Source: Tubiluchus corallicola (Eukaryota; Animalia; Priapulida). From it: DNA of 64,000 bases. The stretch is from contig JAQGDQ010000544.1 of NCBI GenBank assembly GCA_030141605.1, positions 82,435-146,434 on the forward strand, read 5' to 3'. Positions 44,851-58,614 of this stretch are shown in pieces (within the stretch, counting starts at the first letter, position 1; each line of letters begins with the position of its first letter). The notes beneath the pieces are model-generated. The model worked only from the letters and a program-made list of their open reading frames with translations, ran no database searches and was not told the DNA's origin. Both the position numbers and the translations under genes were made by a program.

Positions 44851-47800
44851 CCTCTCCTTTCAAATTTTGACGGTGTGACCTACATTAATACCCAGGTGTC
44901 ACCTGACTTAATACATTAGTGAAAGCAACTTAGAGCACAAATATCCATATCTTTTTGAAAACTAAAAACAGATTTAATCATCAAATTCAACAGCTAAATC
45001 AAGCAAGATAACCAATTCAATACATATTTTCTTTAGCAGTTAAAGCAGCACATTAATTAAACTGTCTTTTAGTTTTCAAATCTGAAAAATATTTGAGCAC
45101 TTCTACGCAGACCATGACTAGTTAAGCATGACTATTTGAAATTATAAAACTAGTAGTGGTGCTCAGCACACATTAAAATGTTGTTATTGTTTAGCAAGTC
45201 ATAGAAGATGGCGTTGCTGGTAGCATGCTTGATGGTAAAGACGTGAAAACGATAATGGATACGTGGGCTTTGCAAAATGGCTTCCCCTTGGTGTCATTAG
45301 ACCGGAACTACCAGGCTAACACGGCAACTGCAAAACAGCGGCAATATCTGCGTGATCAAACAATTATGAAATCTGCGTAATCTAAGTAGCCTTTTTCTTT
45401 TGATGTCATAATAACAATTAGTTAATGGTACTGGTTTCCATAATAGTTTTGCAAGTTTGCTCATTCATGTCTTATCTCTTATATTAATATTCTTGGTATA
45501 TATATTTATTTATATATGTATATATAAGATTCGAGGCTACAGCCCGGACGAGGGCACCATTTGCGGCGATCTATATATCAAACGAAAGGTCTCGATCTAG
45601 TGTCTTCTCATTGATGGTTTATTTTTCGAATTGGGCCCACCGGAAGGAAGGGGGGCGAAAAAACTCCAAAAATGGCCATTTTTCGGCCGTTTTTTGCAAA
45701 AGTTATACGGCTGAGATGTACAGAACGGGAACGGGCCGAGGGGGGTGCTGGGTATGGATAGATATCCCGTTAAAAAACTCGCGATTTTTTCGAAATTTTG
45801 ACCAAACAGCATGCGGAAAAAACGTTCTAGCGGCGCCTGGTGGGACTCTCGGAAGGAGATATACGGCTCATCAGAAAGAGGAAGAACGGGGCTACACGAT
45901 GATGTGGGTTATATTTTAGGACAGGTCCACCGAGAGGAGTACCGAGGAGTTAATTAGATGTTCGATTTTCGACAATTTTCGCCTTAGAAAACTGCTGACG
46001 CAAAGGCATTGTTGTGACGTCATCCATTGTACTCTACTCTGCTTATAACTTTAATTTAGCAAAAAGCTGCCTGCTACGGGTTTGCGTTAGATAAACAGAC
46101 ATATAGTAGGCAGGATGTTACAGGCTTTGTGTTATAAATGAGGACTAGGTAGGATGTTCGCGTATTATTGATTACACGTGGTTTTTTACGCAAAATCTTT
46201 TGCGGGGCCTTTGCTAGTTTTTATAATTATTAAACAAAATTCTTTTTTGTCGTTTAATAGCATCAAACTTTGTGGGTTACTCGTTTGCGAAGTAACTCTA
46301 TAAAGAGGTTCATTTTTCTTTGAGGCCGGGCTCGTTTTTCATGTAATAAGTTTTAATAATGTTACGTCGCAATAGCTACTCCGTATTCTAAATTTTTACG
46401 AAAAAACATATTCCATGACAACGGTAAATAGTGTTCTAAATGACATATCAAGACAGTTGGACAGAAAAATGCAATAAACGAATAACACTTTGCATCCCAG
46501 GCTAGTTGGCTTAATAGTAATTCCCTGGTGACTGTGTGCTTTACATCGACCAGCCCAGAATACTATACACCTATTTTTTGCAACTATTATAGGAAAAATC
46601 TGTATGAGGTTCCCCTCACATTTGTGCGGGCTGACAGGCAGTGGGAGGAGCAAACGAGAATCTGGATGCACAAGGAAGAAGAAAGTAAGCGAAAGCCTAT
46701 TATACTGTACTTTTTTTACTTTTTACTTTTATTTTTTATTTAACCCACATCACAAGTTCACAATTTGGAGACATTATACATGGTTTACATACCAATGCTG
46801 GATGAGAGACACATACATGGCAAAAAACGGCAAACCGTACGGGCCACCCAGGCAATTAACGGAAATAGCATACAATAGAGTACAGTAGTTTGATCGATGG
46901 TGACAAGAGGTGACGAAACATTGATGATCAGTGAACAATTTTTTATACAGGATGTTATCTATTATTACTATTACTCTTTCGGATTTTACCGATTGAAGTA
47001 TTAACATGCATAACCTGAAGTGAAACAATAATATAGCTCACATGGGATCAACTTAATTAACGACAACTATAACAAAGTGCGCATGCATAACAATTATCAG
47101 GTATACAAATATCAGAATAAGTGTCATGGAAAAATAATTTACAATATCTGGCGAAGGATTTATAACCATGAGTATGGAACTTATCAGTCACATGAATCGG
47201 AAGATTATTAACTAAAAAATAATAATATATACTAAAGTACGGTTTAAAAACATTAAATGTAAGTTAGGTGGACGTATAGTTTCTCAAGGTCTTGTGGGAT
47301 ATTCATGGTAATCAATTCTTCGCATTATGGGTAAGGACTGGAAATAAGCATGCAACGTCTTTTATTTGCATAACAGCTTAACAGTTTCATTCCAAATTTA
47401 GTTTGGTTTTATGACGGTAGCATCGTAACAAAGACAAAGACAAAGACCAAATTTATTTACCGTTGCTCTTTTAACAGAGAACATTGGTACTAATGGCTGT
47501 TTAGCTTCTTACACTTACAACAATACAGGTAAATACGCAACACACAAATAACGAATAACATGTAGAGTATATGCTCTAGCGTTGGCAGCTGCTAGTCTCT
47601 TACTCAAGGCCGAAATGTACCACCCAACACAGGACAAATTAATTAATTAGTTACTTTATTATATTAATACAATATTAATTACTTTAATTAGCCAATCACA
47701 GAAAGAGGCGGATCATATCAATTTGATCATTATTTGATAGGTTTCTAAGATATGTTCCAGAAACCGAACTGATATTTGTTAGAAGCCCGAAGTCCCGCTC

Positions 47801-50735
47801 TGCACAAATACATTCCCTTATCCAACATACCTAAGAGCTCCATTGAGAATGTCAGTAGATGACATAGCAGAATGTTAACTTACTGTTTCTTTGGGCCTAT
47901 TAATGCAAAAAGCCAGAATAGTCATGCCCATAGTCATGTCATTCGGCGATGTAGTCCATGGAATGTGAACAACAACTTCAAGGTATATATATGTATATAT
48001 GTATGTAGCAAAAAGTTATGTCTTCTGAGGGTCTCAGCAGTAAGTAAATCGACTAAGCGAGTTGCCCAGAGCCGTTTGTCCGTCAGAAATGGCGAATTCA
48101 TGTTACTGTGAACGTTTTACATGTTTTCATCATAATTTTGCTTTTGTGTTGCAGTAACTATTGGTGAAGACCACATGCCAAGCAGTACTGATTGGGTCAT
48201 CGCCAATCCAAATGCCGAAATGTTCTACAGGGTTTTATATGACGAGGAAAATTTCAATTTGATACTAAAACAATTAAACGATAATCACGAGGTAAGTTGA
48301 AACAAAATGATGTAAAACAGTTAAGAACGTGAATGAACTTGTTAGACAATATGCACTCCAAAAGTAGATGATTACCACTAGCAGGACTTTAGCTTCTAGA
48401 GAATACTTCTTAATTAGTTTAATTTATTCCACTTGCCAAAATAATACATAAATATTGTGAAAATACAAAATACAAATTTAAAAGAAAACAATCATGTAAA
48501 TAATAAAGTTGATTAATGGATTATTGGGGCTAACCAAAAAGAAAATTTATAAAGTTCGGGCTTAATATGGCAAACAGAAAAAAGTGTAGGTGCAAGAATA
48601 AAAGGTGGTTAAAGGGAGGAAAAGGAGTATGACAAGTGAAATGAAATGCAGATGTAGTATAAAGGTGAAAAAAAAATAAAAAATAAAAAAAAAGGTTTTC
48701 ATGAGAATGACATAAAAATGTATTAAATATAAATAAATCAGCAAGGCAAACACAATCGCAAATGGTGAGAGGAATCAGATTATGTCCACCCACCTACAAA
48801 GTTTCTTTTACTTCTTCTTCTTCTTATGGAGAATAGTCCATTCTTGTTCCTCTGTGAGTGCAATATGAAACATTGCAGGTTATAAATATTTGGATTGTGG
48901 TCCATAATAAAGAGTTTGAGGCTTTTTTATAAATACTATTTCCTGACTTTATATGATTAGGGAGATCATTATAAAAGCTCCAAATTAATGACCAGTAAAT
49001 GAGCTATCTCGCTAATTATGGACTTACTTGGTCTCACTGTCGTACAATTTGTAAGTTACTCTATAAAATGTCAGTTACTCACCCAGAAATTTCTGTCATC
49101 TCTTGATAAGTGGTAAAAGATTGCAACCAGTTTTACACAACGTAATACTTGGATGTCTTGATGCAGTGCTTGTCGACCTCTGGTCAGTGATTTAAGCTTA
49201 AAATCACGAAAAGTATGCGAGCTAGTATTGTGCAGCTTGTAATACCAGTCTGGCAAACGTCTATGCCAACGTCATCAGTGACTTCAAGCAGTTTTTAAGA
49301 TCAGCGGTTTCAACTATTTCAAAATTACGAGGCAATTCAAAATTATCTATAAACTGCACTGGAATGCACTTGAAAGGTATAAACAGTTTGGCGACTAACT
49401 TTGTGCACCACATAATACCAAATCGATTGATTTGGTGACATCGGGTGAGTATTGAATGTCAAAGGTCTAAAGAATTCCAAACTGAAAACAAATGAACCAG
49501 CAGTATGACAACTTATCGTTCTATGTAGTGAAATGAATTGGTAAAATAGGCAGTAATTTTGAAATAACGGGTTGTTCGACGTTGAATAGCTTAATACCTT
49601 TAGTAGCTCTGTGAAAGGAGAGAGACCTGTTATGGGCAGTGAATGACATTTTCAAAACGAATGTGAGAACTGAAACTGTATGTACACGAATGGACATTTC
49701 TTATCATCATATATAGAAAATGACGCAAATATGTGTAAGGAACAACATTATAAAACACACTATTGCTTACCTTTTTCTTTCTTTAGGTTATAGATGTTCG
49801 AAACAGGGCAATGTTGATTGATGATTACTTCACCTTAGCCAGGTAATATTATACATTTTCTGTCTTATTCTCCTTTAAAGGTTATAAATAGGTACTTGTT
49901 TGATGTATCAACAGGTAATAAGTGAAAGCTGTTGTATGTTGTATTTTAGTGCAACTTTGACAGATACCGTGACGGCAATGAAAACACTAGAATATCTTAA
50001 CAATGAAGAAGAATACATACCTTGGAAAACAGCTCTTAATTCACTCGACTATATTGATCTAATGTTCAGTAGAAAAGGAGAATATGGATTGTACCAAGTA
50101 AGTCCATGCAGTAGACAAGTATTTGACAGTTTAGTGATAACGTTATTACAATAGTAGTTCTTAGTCCTTCAAAAACGCATTTTTAAGGCATTTTTAATTC
50201 ATTACAGCAGTAATCACTGTATTTCTCAATTTCTTGTATCAGAATGAATTGAACTGAATTAAAACTTAATTTTCTCCGCTCTATAAAACGTGCATTGTAC
50301 AATAACCACATCCAGTTTGCAAGGGTGCAGTAGTTAAATAGTATACAGGTAAATAGGGCCTAATTTCTGATAATAAGTGCAAAGGAGAGAGGATAGCGAG
50401 CCGACATTGATTTAACCTGCTTGATTTCCTAACTTATTGAGTTATCGGTCAGATGAAAGTTTAAAAGCAGTGAGCTTTAGATTTTGTTGTAAACCTCCAA
50501 TGCCTGGAATTGGTACTTTGCTAAAATTATAATTTTCTAAATTAGCAAATTATAATGTAGATGAAAGTTTAAAGGCAGTAAGATTTAGATTTTCTTGCAA
50601 AGCTACACGCAGTGGTTGCAGTGGCTGTAGGAGACAGATTTACCACAATTAAGCTCTTCTGTCTTTGACTGGAAACTGAGGGCAGATATTAAATTTGTTA
50701 GAAACTTATGCTTTTAGATGCGGTTGTTTTTGTTT

Positions 50736-50796
<61 letters not shown>

Positions 50797-53700
50797 GGTT
50801 CGCAAAAGTTTTGCAGGAGCGATATAATATACATTAAAATATGCTTATCTGAACTACAATTGAAATTTAAATGTTCTGATCTCTAAAAGGGAAAATGTAT
50901 TAAATAAGAAATTTTGGGTATATGCTTTGTAATTATTTATTGTATTAATGATTATATATTTCCATTGTTTTTAGTCGTTTATGAGAAAACAGATAGAATA
51001 TCTATACAGTATTTATGGATGGGGAGCAACACCTGATAACAGCGAACAATTAGAAATGTAAGCAAAAAAACTTTACAGCAAATTAATCCTACGTCTGGTT
51101 GTGTTTTGTTTCTCTCGGAAGGCTCGTAGAGAAAACCAGAAAACACGTCGTCAAATTAAACTAGTATATTATACGAGAATTCTATAACACAAAAGTATGA
51201 AGGAACGCGAAATGTTTACAGTAAATGTGATAATCTGGAAACGTGAAAACGAGAAAGCGTATCTGAGAATACGAGGATACAAGAGAATAAACTCTAGCGG
51301 CCAGCTCCGCCTTATATATCAGTGCAAAGGAACAATCTAGAAATAGAAAGTTCTCAAAACTTCTACAAGGTAAGAAGATTGTTCTACTATACTGTAGAAC
51401 ATTCTACAATATTCTATTTAATTCTAGTGGATCTCCACAACAATTTACTTCTAAAGTTCTCTTACCTAGAAGAATTCACACATCCACATAGTTCTGAAAT
51501 TAACGATGCTTAAGCTATAATTTTTTCAGAATTAGGTAATATAAAATGTATCAATGAAATAAATGTGAGGGATAGTATAATTACATAGCACTGGCGCTAG
51601 CGACGAAAACAGACCAGACAGAATACAATAATTGAATTTGCGCAGGAATTAGGGCAAATTACGAAAAGACTGTCACTTTTTCTTTGACTTTCAAAGCTGG
51701 ACGCTAGTTTTGTAAGTTATAAAATGATTCTGGTTCGTTTACGTAATTCAAGCATAGGCCGTCCGTTTGTGCATTTTGCTCCTCTAAAGAATTTATTACG
51801 TATTTTTTATAGATATCTAAAAATAGCAGCTACAGAAACCGCATGCAACGCTGGAATGAGAGACTGTATTGATGGTGCAACTGAGGAATATCATCAGTGG
51901 ATGGAAGATGAGGCTGAAAACCCGTAAGATAAACGAATTAAAATTTTCATGTATAAGCAGAATATTTTTAAATGGAGCTTGCTTGTGCCTGAATGGAAGA
52001 AATTAGATTAAATAAATCTTACATAGCTAGGTTCGTGAAATTTTCAGGATTGGCCTGCTCCAAAACACTTTGCTTGCACTCTGCGATGTTTTTTGAGTAT
52101 GTTGGCACTTAAACCGCGAGTTTGAATGATTGCTCTAAATTGAATTTGTTCACATACCAAACCTGTAGGTTCCCTAGTTAGCTGTGCAGTTTACTCTGTG
52201 AATTAGTATATTATCTAAAGAAGACTTTTACAAGTATGGATATATTATCTAAGGAAGTCTTTTACGAGTATTAGTATATTATCTAAAGAAGTCTTTTACA
52301 AGTCGTCGTCGTCGTCGTCGTCGTCGGCTTTCACTCGTTTCCGAGTATTGTCCTTTCGGTCAAAGTTACTAGCTGTGGTGGGCACGTTGGTGGCTTAACA
52401 GCCCGATCCTTGCTCGAAACATTCTGGTGCATTTGTCACATTGGATGGTGGGAGTTACCTGAGATTGACGGGCCTTCTCTTTCCTTCGTTGACGTTTGGC
52501 TTCAATTGCTGCTCGTCTGGTTGTTTCAAAATGCTCAGTCCCTTCCTGGATGACTCTTCTCCACTTTGTTCGCTGCGGCGCTGTCTGTTCCCAGGTTTCT
52601 GGATCGATCCTTGCTGATTGCAGGGTTTCTTTTAGTTGGTCCTTGTAGCGGCGCCTAGGGCGGCCCAGGGGGCGTTTTCCAGTGCTCAGCCTTTTACAAG
52701 TATTAGTATATTATCCAAGGAAGACTTTAACAAGTATTAGTATATTATCCAAGGAAGACTTCTACCTGTAATAGCATAATTGTCTAAGTCAGTTTTTCCC
52801 GATTAGTACATTGTTTAAAGAAATCTTTACCTGTTGCTGTTAAGGAAAGCTTATAAGGTTGGAATTTCGCTATTTGATTACTTGTATGTACCTATACGGA
52901 GTCTCACTGACTGTTATAATGCCTTAGTTTCTACTAAATACATTAGTACAACCATACCATAATAAATCTTTAAACAAGTTCTGTGTGTATTACAGTACAG
53001 ACATTTTAATTTAAGACTAAACTCGTAAGATATCATTAGCCATTTGTTATGTAATTTACATTGCTTTTGCTAATTATTGCGAGAAGGAATACTACTAATG
53101 CCATGTTACTATTTCCGCTAATTCTGCCTGCACAACTACCCAATTACGCCATGTATAATGATAATATTTGCATTTTAGCATTTCAGTCAACTACAGAGAT
53201 GTAGTTTATTGCACAGCAATTAATGCAGGAGATGCTGATGAATGGGAGTTTGCATGGAAGATGTACAAAGATGAGGATTGGTCCTCTGAGAGATATCGTC
53301 TTCTCCGTGGAATGGGATGCAGTTCAGAGCCATGGATTATTAACAGGTGAGTATGTTAACCAGTGTAGTTTGGATGACATTGCGTGTCATCCAAAAATTA
53401 AATTATTTATCAATATTTTATATACTTTTTTAGATACCTAGAATATACAATGTCGAATAATTATGTATCGCGGCATGAAGCATATCAAATCCTGTATTAT
53501 CTACTTTTTCAGATATCTGGAATATGCAATGTCAGATGATTACGTACCGCAGCATGAAGCATATCGAATCCTGTATTATACAGCTAATAATCATTTGGGT
53601 AGATACCTTGTGTGGGATTTTCTACGTGCAAATTATGACAATATAAAAGACAGGTATGTGGCATATGTAGACAGGTATGTAAAAAAGCCATTAAGTGGAC

Positions 53701-56700
53701 TTGACTTTTCGTTCAATAGAGATATTTAGGCAAATAAATTTTAAAAAATGTGCGCCATGTGCATTTTGATCGTGGAGTGTTAAACCCATGATACGCCGAA
53801 GCGTCCAGCATCTGAAAACAAGTAAGAACGTATATATTGTCAATGGGAGATGAAATCAAAAATTCTGGCAGCGGATGCTGGGATCCCTTCCAATTTTTTG
53901 AGCATCTGGTATTCGCTGTCTAGGTGGCTGTTTCTCACCCAGGTAATGATGACTGAACCTACAAATTATTATACGAATAATTTTGAAAAAAATGTAAAAA
54001 AAATCTGTGGAAAATAAACTTGATATCGTCAATAGTTTGTTTTTCGGAGAACACTAGATTGGACGCCATACGCTTTAATGCTACAGTAACACAGCAAGCA
54101 TTTCAATATTGTAAACTCATTAATCTGTTCTACTAATGTAAATGCTCTGGGTAGCCTGCTTGCCTGTTTGCATCTGTATCTTGTGAACGTACGTCGCTTT
54201 GTAAAGAGTAGCTTCCTGTGAACGCCCTCTAGACGTGAGATTATACTACTTAAAGGAAAACTGGATGATTGTGTAAACATTAGTTCAGAATAAAGAATGC
54301 TCTAAAATACTGAAAACTACAATAGCTTCTTTTAAATCAAAGCTTAGATTAAATAATAATTACATCGGATGCTCAAATTTCGTTAAACTTTTAAAGCTAC
54401 GCGCGGCTCAGTGAATCTACTAAGATTGGCAGCGGCGCCTTTTGGCCACATTCGCGTGGCCGACAATTAGAAGGTGGTACCTTGATAAGCATGATCATGA
54501 ACTGCAGTGTTAGTTTCTGACATCATGTGATGTAAAACCCATTTTTCGTGACATCAAGCAGTACCGTAACGCTTATGCAAATGTGCTTGAAGCTCAAGGG
54601 AAGACGCCTGCCATACACAAACTGTGATTAGTTTCTGACGTAAGCAATAGCTGTGTTCGGTTGCCGTTAATTAACTTTCTAAGCTAATTATTCAATTATA
54701 AGAAACAATTGTTAACTTAACTATTATAAGCAAAAAAATGTATATTCTGGACAGTAACTTAAAATGAGATTGAGTCAAAACAATCGTCCGGTCTTCCTTT
54801 AAGAGTTAGGAGTCACTGACCCTACCACCCGAAGTATGCTAGAAGCTGGTATTCTAGCCAGTCAATTAGGATGTGTCTTATATTGCTGTGTGTGGAAATT
54901 GTAATTGTATATTTTAGGTGCTGCCATCTATGAACTAATCCCTTTACATTTTACTAGCTAAACTCACCCCTAGTATAATTGTACGGTCCAGTGAATGCAT
55001 ATTCACTGGATCTCTCCCTATTTTACAGTAATGGTTTTTGTGAAGCCAAGTTTGCATAATCACCTATGCCTATATATACTGACTGGATTTACTTTCTAGT
55101 CACTGTCTAACTCACACTTTCAGTGCAGTGCAGCAGTCGTGCTACTCAAGTTACTCTCTGTCTAACTCTCAGTGTTCAGTGCAGGACAATCTCATTATCA
55201 GTGTCCAGTGCTTGTGTGTATGTGGTTAATAAACACTTTCCAGTTTGTGCAAATATGTAGTATAGTGTTTTATTCTTGTTCTACAAAGTGAGTGATCTAC
55301 CACTTCAAACATCACTTTCACACTGTGCCTAAAGGCCGATCAACAGCAAGTTAGAAGTAGTGCCCATCTCCATGATGACAGCTTGCTATGTGTTGCTAAT
55401 GATAGATGCTGTTAGATGTGTGGCATCCGTTAACCAATTTTAGCCCTATAATTGGGGTATATAAGGAGCAGTATTATCAGCTGTCAGTTTGTAGACTCAA
55501 GTGCTTTGCTATAGATTCTGCACCAGACGTTTTTCTGCCCTCTTAGATTTGTTGTGTATGTTCTTCAGCGTACTTTATGTTCAATATACTATACGATCAC
55601 ATATGCTAAAAAGACTTTGAGTTTTATACTTCATCACGTTGTGAAACAACTACAAAACATCGTTCATTATTACTGATAATGAATCACGAAACAACATCAT
55701 TATTACTTTATCTTACTGGAAGACGCTGGTCAAACATTGGACGCTTTGGTGTATCACAACTTGCAGGCCTATTGGCTACGAAACTATGCCTAAATCATTA
55801 AACTTGAGTTCATTTTTGTTTGCCATGAAAACTCTGTAGTAATAGATTTAGATTTTACACGTAAACATCTTGGCTGTATCAATAGTATGTAAACCTGCCT
55901 CTGTTTTGACAAACCTACGCCTAGAGAGCACATAACAAACTTCATTAGTTATTATTCTTACTAGGTTGAACAATGAATTCAGATTCAGCGATGTAGTGAG
56001 AGCGGTAACTGATGCATTTAACACACAGTTTGAACTGGAAGAGGTAAGTGTCTAATATAAAGTGATATTGATATCATTTTAGTTGTAACTTGGGGAAACC
56101 CGATTAGCTAGCTGTCATTGCGGAGACGTTAGAAAATTGATGGGTTTTGGTTGGAATGCCGAACTTGTTAAGTTGCTACACCTAAATATGGTGTGACACA
56201 TTGCGTATAGATCTAGTGTGCATCCCTTGGTTTAGCAAAAGGAACAGCCCTGCCAGTTCGAGGACAGAACAGATGTATATATTCTGTCAACTATATATAG
56301 CTCTGTACCTGAAACGTCTAATAAAATTAATAAAATGTAAGAAATGTAAGAAATGTAATAAAGTTGGTTACGAATTCACGAACCACCATAAGCAGCAACA
56401 AGCAAACAACGTAAATATTTTGAAACAGCAACACGCACCAACCCAACTTTTGCATTTTAATAAAAACCAATATTTTACCCCAACGAGGCAAGATGCATAG
56501 TCGAGTGGTCACGGTGATGAGCTTGGAGACCGAACTTAAAAAACAAAAGCTAAATGGCAAGGCTGGTTTTAGTGTCATTCTGTGCATTTCATTCGCCATA
56601 TTGAATCCCGGTTTGTGGCTGTTTGCCTTCTTCGGAGAGGCTGAATTCACCCTCCAATAACACACCGTGTGTTTCCGATACATAAAAGTTAAAGGTAATT

Positions 56701-58329
56701 ACCGTAAAGGATGCAGTGTGACTTGTCCGCAAGTCCGACGAGGTCGTCTACCGCCCATGCCTCCAAAACCACCAAATAATCCTCCTCCGAATATGTGGGA
56801 AAACAAATTGTCAGCAAACAATCCTAGTTAAAAGCACGAAAGTTTAATATGAAATAAAAATTACAATTAGAAATTAAAGTTACTATTAATGAGAATCCAG
56901 AATAAAGCTGTTGCTTTTGTTTAAATAAGGCAAATGTTGCAGTGCAATACCACATAGAATCACATTCTCCTTTGCGATAAAGCTCAAAACAACTACAGTT
57001 TCATTTCGTAGCCAGCTGTCTGCTATAATTTCTAATATCAACAAAGGTAACCCAAACAAAGGGAATTACAAAAATCGATTACCCATTAGATAATTTAACT
57101 AATTTTTAAAGTCAAGCATTAATCCGCTATACATTTACATAGTCAATTTACAATTACAGACAGAAATATACCACATTAAAACAACATTTCTTCTATACCG
57201 TTTTCGCATTCTGTGACTAGACTAAAAAAACTTTAACTTATATGCAAAGTCAGAATGAATTAAGGTTAAAAGTGACAGACTATTTTAGCAATAAAACACT
57301 AGGATTTACGTTAATTACCAAAACTAGATTTAAAATAAATTGATTAAAATTAATTGGTAGCATAACAATGGCATCTCTGTCAAATCAGTAGCTCTAGAGG
57401 TAAGGTTCCATAAACATGTAAACTTGTGTCGCATGGTTGCAGTGTGCAAAAATGAATAAAAATCCCACTAGTACAACGTCCCATGTTCTGGTGGGGAAGC
57501 GCTGAAGCCCGGCAGGAAGAAGAACCTGATAAAGATAAAGAGTGGTATCAACCTTCTTCACATTAGTTGGCAATTACCGATATTATTAATTAGATTATGA
57601 CTTTGAATGCCAGAATGTTGGTAAATCTTCGCAGTTTACTTCACAACAATTATTACCCTTTGTGGATAATGAGGTGAAGATAGAAAGAAGACGCTGAAAC
57701 ACTACCAGCTAATTTGAAAAATGTTGACACGATAACTATCCCCGTACTGTGGGCATGGATAACAGGTGGCGCTGTTGGATTGTGCGCTACAAAGATGAAA
57801 TCTCGGGCCTCTCTGTCATGTGGGATTAGTAGCTCAGTTGACAGAGCATGGGATAATTCCAGGCCTCGGGTTCAAATCCCGACTCATTTACAAGTTTTTA
57901 GCGTTTCTTTTCCTTCTTGAACTCGGTACCTCTACAACAAGAATAATAATTGTTGTGTAGTAAACCACAATGATTTTCGAACAGCCTGTCATTCACAGTC
58001 ACAATCTAATTAATGAGTGGTATTGCAGCTATGTCATTGTTTTTATTCAGCTATATTCGGGTATAAGATCGCCAAAAGTAAATCAAAGACAATTATTCTT
58101 TACCTTGTAAACCTTTAGCTTTCAACAACATTAAATGATTTCATCAAACATTGTTTTCATACAACAGGTTCAATACTTCCGCTCCACAATTGGAAACCAG
58201 GACATGGTCATGTGGAGGACTGTGGAAGAAGTAATTCGCGCCAACATTGACTACATGGAAAAGAATCAGGAAGACCTAATAGAGTGGCTAGAAGAAGTAA
58301 ATTCAGGAACGCGATCTATATTTAAATAA
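35941..58329 (+). CDS. M1 family zinc aminopeptidase (aminopeptidase N-like), paralog C; complete, 22 exons, about 975 aa
   Basis: Exons: 35941-36154, 36652-36759, 37994-38297, 39772-39927, 40689-40803, 41558-41684, 41803-41957, 43217-43330, 44050-44193, 44426-44491, 44658-44723, 45195-45376, 46593-46684, 48155-48291, 49787-49842, 49950-50097, 50975-51057, 51813-51923, 53179-53346, 53513-53653, 55965-56043, 58168-58329 (TAA); total 2928 nt, frame open. Motifs: TM anchor, [29 protein letters not shown]18-E, ISYAKG. Confidence 0.95.
39098..39174. repeat. (TG)n microsatellite
   Basis: Read directly from the sequence. Confidence 0.95.
42409..43090 (+). repeat. Dispersed ~115-140 bp direct duplication (42409-42546 and 42976-43090) in intron 7 of gene C
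   Basis: Both copies contain GGAATATAAAATTGATACTTAATTGC...ATGGCAAACGTCCAGTAACTTTTGGAATTGGTGG...TAGTGATAGACAAAA; the second lacks an internal ~20 nt. Confidence 0.85.
43232..44199 (+). repeat. Right arm of ~1 kb inverted repeat (gene C exon 8-intron 8-exon 9)
   Basis: See 22512-23546; the 144-nt exon 9 appears identical in B and C. Confidence 0.95.
45509..46217 (+). mobile_element. Non-autonomous Helitron
   Basis: 3' hairpin CGCAAAA-TC-TTTTGCG (46189-46204) followed about 10 nt later by CTAG|T. AT-rich TATATAAGA 5' start, GC-richer body, and internal ATATATCAAACGAAAGGTCTCGA motif. Confidence 0.7.
52202..52765. repeat. 34-bp minisatellite interrupted by an RTE insertion
   Basis: Unit ATTAGTATATTATCTAAAGAAGACTTTTACAAGT on both sides of the insertion. 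Confidence 0.8.
52304..52690 (-). mobile_element. Young 5'-truncated RTE (BovB-like clade) LINE insertion
   Basis: Open frame [20 protein letters not shown]...[23 protein letters not shown] (C2H2 finger), short 3'UTR with ACTCG-GAAA-CGAGT hairpin, (GAC)n tail, and 11-bp TSD CTTTTACAAGT (52293-52303 and 52691-52701). Confidence 0.92.
54891..55322 (+). mobile_element. Solo LTR (432 bp)
   Basis: TGTGGAA...TTTCACA termini, 5-bp TSD CTGTG (54886-54890 and 55323-55327), internal TATATATA near 55071 and AATAAA near 55228. Confidence 0.8.
57570..58028. mobile_element. Foldback element with long imperfect inverted arms enclosing a tRNA-like (SINE head) segment
   Basis: Arms ATTAATTAGATTATGACTTTGAATG...ACAACAATTATTA and TAATAATTGTTGT...CATTCACAGTCACAATCTAATTAAT. 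A box TAGCTCAGTTG (near 57829) and B box GGTTCAAATCC (near 57869). Confidence 0.65.
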
Positions 58330-58454
58330 CAGCCAAAAATTATGATTCTTTTAACATTAATTGTACTTTTGTGAAAAGAAAGTGCCATTGCTCAGAGCAG
58401 AGCATATTTCAAAACAAGGGATGTTTTAAAACCGGTAATCTGTATGAGAAAATT

Positions 58455-58520
58455 AATAAAGAAATAAACTGATTAAATTTTCTATATTTGTAACAAATGC
58501 TCGATGTGACGATGAATAAA
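58455..58520 (+). promoter_or_regulatory. Polyadenylation signals of paralog C
   Basis: AATAAA at 58455-58460 and 58515-58520, downstream of the stop at 58329. Confidence 0.5.
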
Positions 58521-58614
58521 ATTTAATGGAAACACACAATGTCACTTTTGTTAGTTTCAAATTGTATTAGCTTGCGTTATTGTGTTTCACTTAATATTTT
58601 TGCAACTGATGTTA

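Noticed and set aside
50350-50710. Possible old CR1/L2 3' fragment on the minus strand
   Set aside because: Only vague peptide resemblance; cannot be supported without a profile search.
55328-55700. Second solo LTR (TATATAAGG, TG/CA-like ends); similar hint at 56166-56430
   Set aside because: No matching target-site duplication could be found.
57820-57885. Possible functional tRNA gene
   Set aside because: A and B boxes are present, but the spacing is short, there is no convincing anticodon arm, and it is embedded in an inverted repeat.
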